NCBI GenBank assembly: GCA_038198445.1
Contig: JBBPZZ010000107.1
Coordinates: forward strand, 2,399 to 66,398
DNA: 64,000 bases
Direction of reading: 5' to 3'
From: Rubrobacterales bacterium
GTDB taxonomy: Bacteria; Actinomycetota; Rubrobacteria; Rubrobacterales; Rubrobacteraceae
The notes under the pieces are model-generated. The model had not been told where the DNA came from. It saw only the letters and a list, made by a program, of their open reading frames with translations, and did no database searches. Position numbers and translations under genes: made by a program. This document shows positions 58,307-64,000 of the stretch, in pieces. Each line of letters begins with the position of its first letter. Position 1 is the first letter of the stretch.

Positions 58307-61300
58307 TCAGGAAGCCGCTATGTCAAGCTCGTCGACCTCACGCGCCTTGTAGCCTTCGATAGCCACCTGAAGCTGACGGTAATGCGGCAGTCCGGTAGCA
58401 GCCGGGATTAGCTTCCCGATGATGACGTTCTCCTTCAGGCCCGCGAGGTTGTCCACCTTACCCTCGATGGCCGCGTCGGTCAGGACGCGCGCGGTCTCCT
58501 GGAATGAAGCCGCCGAGAGGAAGCTATCGGTGGCGAGCGAAGCCTTGGTTATTCCCATCAGGACGGTGTGGGCCGTGGCGGGCTTGCCGTCCTCCTCCTC
58601 GACGCGCTCGTTCTCGGCGCGCAGGGAGAACCTGTCGGCGACCTGCTCCGGCAGGAAGTTCGTGTCTCCGGGGTCGTCGACGACGACCTTGCGGAGCATC
58701 TGGCGGACGATGACCTCGATGTGCTTGTCATGGATGTCCACGCCCTGAGTCCTGTAGACCCTCTGCACGCCCTCGACCAGGTAACGCTCGGTTGCGGTCG
58801 TGCCGCGGTCGTAGCGCAGGTCGTTTTCGAGGATCTCGTGCGGGTAGATCGAACCCTCCGTAATCGGGGTGTTCGCCCGGATCTCCGCCCCCTCGACAAA
58901 CTCGGATCGCAGAAGCTGCCGTTCGACCTTATACTCCCGGCTCTCCGTTCCGTCAGGCGAGGTCAGGACGACCTTTATCATCCGGTCGGATTCGGCCTCT
59001 TCGAGGGTGACGCTGCCGTCGATACCGGCGAGAGTCGCCTCCGCCTTCGGGTGACGAGCCTCGAACAACTCGACCACCCTCGGCAGACCGGCGGTGATGT
59101 CCTCGCCGGCGATACCGCCGGTGTGGAAGGTACGCATCGTAAGCTGCGTACCCGGCTCGCCAATCGACTGGGCCGCGATAATGCCGACGGCCTCGCCGAT
59201 GTCCACCGGACGATAGGTCGAGAGTGCGCGCCCATAGCACGCCTGGCAGACGCCGTGCGCGTTCTCGCACTTGGAAGGCGTGCGTACAGGGACCATAGTC
59301 TCGCGCGGCAACTCCTCGCGCCAGCTATCGAGCAGCTTGCGCGTGATGTCCGTGCCGGCCTCGGCGAAGACCTCGCCTGTCTCCGGGTTCATCAGGTCGC
59401 GCGCCAGGTAGCGGGCGGCGACGGAATCGTTCGCGTCGCCCCGGCCGCCGTCCAGGTAGAGCGGTATTTCGATGTAACCAACCGAGCCGCAGTCCTCGCC
59501 ATTCACGACTACGTCCTGAGAGACGTCCACGAGGCGGCGAGTCAGGTATCCGGAGTCGGCGGTACGCAGGGCCGTGTCGGCCTGGCCCTTCCGGGCGCCG
59601 TGGGTCGAGGTGAAGTATTCGAGAACCGAGAGGCCTTCCATGAAGTTAGACTTCACGGGCTCGGGGATGATCTCACCCTTCGTATTCGTCATAAGTCCGC
59701 GCATCCCGGCGAGCTGAGTGATCTGGGAGTAGTTCCCTCGCGCACCGGAGTTAGCCATCATGAAGATCGGATTCAGACGATACAGGTTGTCCTTCATCGC
59801 CTGCTCGACCTCGTTCTTTGCCTCGGTCCAGAGAGATATAGTCCGCTCCAGGCTCTCGTCGTCGGAGATAAAGCCCTGGTTCCACTGGTCCTCGACCTCA
59901 TCGACCATATCCTGATAACGGACCATGATGCCCTCTTTTTGCTCCGGCACCACGATGTCGTTCTTGCCGACGGAGATACCGGCGCGGGTGGCCGTGTGGA
60001 ACCCGATCCTCTTCAGGGTATCGAGCAGCTTGCTGACAAGCTCCGTCGGATAGCGATCCACATAATCCGAGACGAGGTCCTTGATCTCACCCTTCTTCAA
60101 CACCTCGTTGACGTACGAGTAAGAAGCGGGATCGTAGGAGTCGCCCAGGTAGTCCCTGAGCGTCTGCTCGATGTTCTCGTTGAACAAGACGCGGCCCAGC
60201 GTGGTCTCCAGCCGCTCGCCATTGCGGCGAGTGATGACCTTGTGATGGAGCTTGAGCGTGCCTTCCTTATAAGCCGCCTCCGCCTCGTCGTAGGACGAGA
60301 TGAGGCCCTTGATCTCCTGCCCCTCGAAGTCCTCGTCAGTGTAGGTGATGTAGTAAAGACCCAACACCATGTCCTGCGAAGGTACCGCGATCGGGAAGCC
60401 GTTCGCCGGCAGCAGGATGTTCTGCGTCGAGAGCATCAAGACCCGCGCCTCGGCCTGAGCCTCGGGACTAAGCGGCACGTGAACGGCCATCTGGTCGCCG
60501 TCGAAGTCCGCGTTGAACGCGGAGCACACCAACGGATGCACCCTTATGGCCTTACCCTCGACCAGCACCGGCTCGAAAGCCTGGATACCGAGGCGGTGGA
60601 GCGTTGGGGCGCGGTTCAGGAGCACCGGGTGTTCCTTGACCACGTCCTCCAGCACGTCCCACACCTCGGGGCGCAGCCGCTCGACCATCTGCTTCGCGCT
60701 CCGGATGTTCGGAGCAAGCGCCCGGTCCACGAGCACCTTCATCACAAACGGCTTGAATAGCTCGACCGCCATGAGACGCGGCAGGCCGCACTGATGCATC
60801 TGGAGGTTCGGACCGGCCACGATGACCGAACGGCCCGAATAGTCCACGCGCTTGCCGAGCAGGTTCTGCCGGAACCGGCCCTGCTTGCCCTTGAGCATGT
60901 CCGAGAGCGACTTGAGCGCCCGGTTGCCGGCGCCGGTTACGGCGCGTCCGCGACGACCGTTGTCGAACAGGGCGTCGACGGCCTCCTGGAGCATCCGCTT
61001 CTCGTTGTTGACGATCACGTCCGGCGCGCCCAGGTCGAGCAACCTACGCAGACGGTTGTTACGGTTGATGACCCTGCGGTACAGGTCGTTCAGGTCGCTC
61101 GTGGCGAAACGTCCGCCATCGAGTTGCACCATCGGACGCAGGTCCGGCGGTAGCACCGGGACAGCGTCCATGATCATCCACTCCGGTTTGTTGTTGCTGG
61201 TGCGGAAAGCGTCGACTACCTTCAGGCGCTTTATCGCTTTCTGGCGCTTCTGGCCCTTGGAGTCGCCTACTACGTCCCGAAGCTCGGCGGCCTCATCTTC

Positions 61301-62191
61301 GAGGTCCACCTGGATTATGAGATCCCGTATCGCCTCCGCGCCCATGCCACCGCGGAAGTACACGCCGTAGCCGTACTCGTCGCCGAAGCGGTCCTTCATC
61401 TCGCGGAAAAGCTCCTCGTCGTCCACGATCTGTCGCGGCTCCAGCGTCTGGAACTCCTCCCAGGCACGGCGGATAAGCTCTATCTGCTCCTGCACCGACC
61501 GCTGGATGTCCTGGACGGCCTCTTCGGCCTCCTTGTGGACCTTTGAGATGGCGCTGTCGCGATCCTCCTCGGCAATGTCCTCGAACTCCTCGGTCAACTC
61601 GTCCGCTGAGGACTCGCCCTTGATGACGCTCTCGCGCTTGGTGCGGAGCGCCTGGGTCTGCAGGATCTCCTCGTCCCGGTCCTCTTCGAACTGACGAATC
61701 TCCTCATCGACCCGCTCCCGGAGCATGTCGATGTCGTTCGCCCGCTCCTCCCGGTCTACCCAGGTGACGATGGACGAGGCGAAGTACAGTACCCGGTCCA
61801 AATCCTTCGGGCTGATGTCGAGCAGGTAACCCATCCGGCTCGGCACGCCCTTCACGAACCACACGTGCGCTATCGGGGCGGCTAGCTCAACGTGGCCCAT
61901 CCGGTCGCGCCGGACACGGGCACGCGTAACCTCGACGCCGCAGCGCTCGCAGATGATGCCCTTGAAACGAATCCTCTTGTACTTACCGCAGTAGCACTCC
62001 CAGTCCTTCGAGGGACCGAAGATGCGCTCGCAGAACAGACCGTCCTTCTCGGGACGGAGGGTACGGTAGTTGATGGTCTCCGGCTTCGTAACCTCGCCGC
62101 GGGACCATTCCCGGATCTCCTCGGCAGACACGAGGCCGATGGAGATCTTCTCCAGTTTATTTATGTCTATATCGCGCTCTAATCCCTGCAA
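58307..62191 (-). CDS. rpoC: DNA-directed RNA polymerase subunit beta'
   Basis: 1294 aa with a zinc finger ([20 protein letters not shown]) and the catalytic NADFDGDQM motif. Confidence 0.97.
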   Translation of the reverse strand: MQGLERDIDINKLEKISIGLVSAEEIREWSRGEVTKPETINYRTLRPEKDGLFCERIFGPSKDWECYCGKYKRIRFKGIICERCGVEVTRARVRRDRMGHVELAAPIAHVWFVKGVPSRMGYLLDISPKDLDRVLYFASSIVTWVDREERANDIDMLRERVDEEIRQFEEDRDEEILQTQALRTKRESVIKGESSADELTEEFEDIAEEDRDSAISKVHKEAEEAVQDIQRSVQEQIELIRRAWEEFQTLEPRQIVDDEELFREMKDRFGDEYGYGVYFRGGMGAEAIRDLIIQVDLEDEAAELRDVVGDSKGQKRQKAIKRLKVVDAFRTSNNKPEWMIMDAVPVLPPDLRPMVQLDGGRFATSDLNDLYRRVINRNNRLRRLLDLGAPDVIVNNEKRMLQEAVDALFDNGRRGRAVTGAGNRALKSLSDMLKGKQGRFRQNLLGKRVDYSGRSVIVAGPNLQMHQCGLPRLMAVELFKPFVMKVLVDRALAPNIRSAKQMVERLRPEVWDVLEDVVKEHPVLLNRAPTLHRLGIQAFEPVLVEGKAIRVHPLVCSAFNADFDGDQMAVHVPLSPEAQAEARVLMLSTQNILLPANGFPIAVPSQDMVLGLYYITYTDEDFEGQEIKGLISSYDEAEAAYKEGTLKLHHKVITRRNGERLETTLGRVLFNENIEQTLRDYLGDSYDPASYSYVNEVLKKGEIKDLVSDYVDRYPTELVSKLLDTLKRIGFHTATRAGISVGKNDIVVPEQKEGIMVRYQDMVDEVEDQWNQGFISDDESLERTISLWTEAKNEVEQAMKDNLYRLNPIFMMANSGARGNYSQITQLAGMRGLMTNTKGEIIPEPVKSNFMEGLSVLEYFTSTHGARKGQADTALRTADSGYLTRRLVDVSQDVVVNGEDCGSVGYIEIPLYLDGGRGDANDSVAARYLARDLMNPETGEVFAEAGTDITRKLLDSWREELPRETMVPVRTPSKCENAHGVCQACYGRALSTYRPVDIGEAVGIIAAQSIGEPGTQLTMRTFHTGGIAGEDITAGLPRVVELFEARHPKAEATLAGIDGSVTLEEAESDRMIKVVLTSPDGTESREYKVERQLLRSEFVEGAEIRANTPITEGSIYPHEILENDLRYDRGTTATERYLVEGVQRVYRTQGVDIHDKHIEVIVRQMLRKVVVDDPGDTNFLPEQVADRFSLRAENERVEEEDGKPATAHTVLMGITKASLATDSFLSAASFQETARVLTDAAIEGKVDNLAGLKENVIIGKLIPAATGLPHYRQLQVAIEGYKAREVDELDIAAS

Positions 62192-62194
62192 CGC

Positions 62195-64000
<1,806 letters not shown>

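Noticed and set aside
58568-60760. 730-aa plus-strand ORF inside rpoC
   Set aside because: It is antisense to the beta' subunit and has no motifs. This is a high-GC artefact. The same reasoning applies to 41726-43015 (antisense to infA/map) and 30813-32534 (antisense to hisF/DUF429/glmM).

Overview
High-GC bacterial chromosomal window; sampled core coding stretches are about 63% G+C. Gene content and order suggest a Terrabacteria lineage, probably a deep-branching Actinomycetota, but this taxon call is tentative. Supporting signs are HemQ, a CysM-Mec-CysO-MoeZ cluster, hisF-hisIE-trpE adjacency, and rplQ-ecfA1-ecfA2-ecfT-truA-rplM order. Left third (1-20 kb): housekeeping and metabolic genes, namely AKR, hemQ, the protein-thiocarboxylate cysteine pathway, trpC/D/G, an OCD-family gene, three MFS transporters, GH31 alpha-glucosidase, a HAD hydrolase, YbaK, frmA/frmB and glcG-like. 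It also holds a decayed orphan solute-binding-protein pseudogene. Middle (20-27 kb): an orphan LarA-like gene and a tightly coupled plsY / acyl-CoA-reductase-HAD fusion / Zn-dehydrogenase trio, which looks lipid-related and has no assigned function. An orphan receiver domain follows. Right half (28-64 kb, almost all minus strand): trpE-hisIE-hisF-DUF429-glmM, rpsI-rplM, then a 42-gene co-directional block from rpoB and rpoC through the str, S10, spc and alpha ribosomal operons to ecfA1A2T-truA and an O-methyltransferase. The most anomalous content is two small low-GC, plus-strand islets (about 26.8-28.0 kb and 34.0-35.05 kb) that bracket the conserved trpE..rplM block. Islet 1 encodes a solitary PD-(D/E)xK-fold protein. 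Islet 2 encodes two overlapping ORFs I cannot place in any family, sits between rplM and the truA operon, and is flanked by a 9-bp direct repeat. I found no tRNA, rRNA, CRISPR array, transposase or integrase. Many long antisense ORFs in the track are high-GC artefacts.
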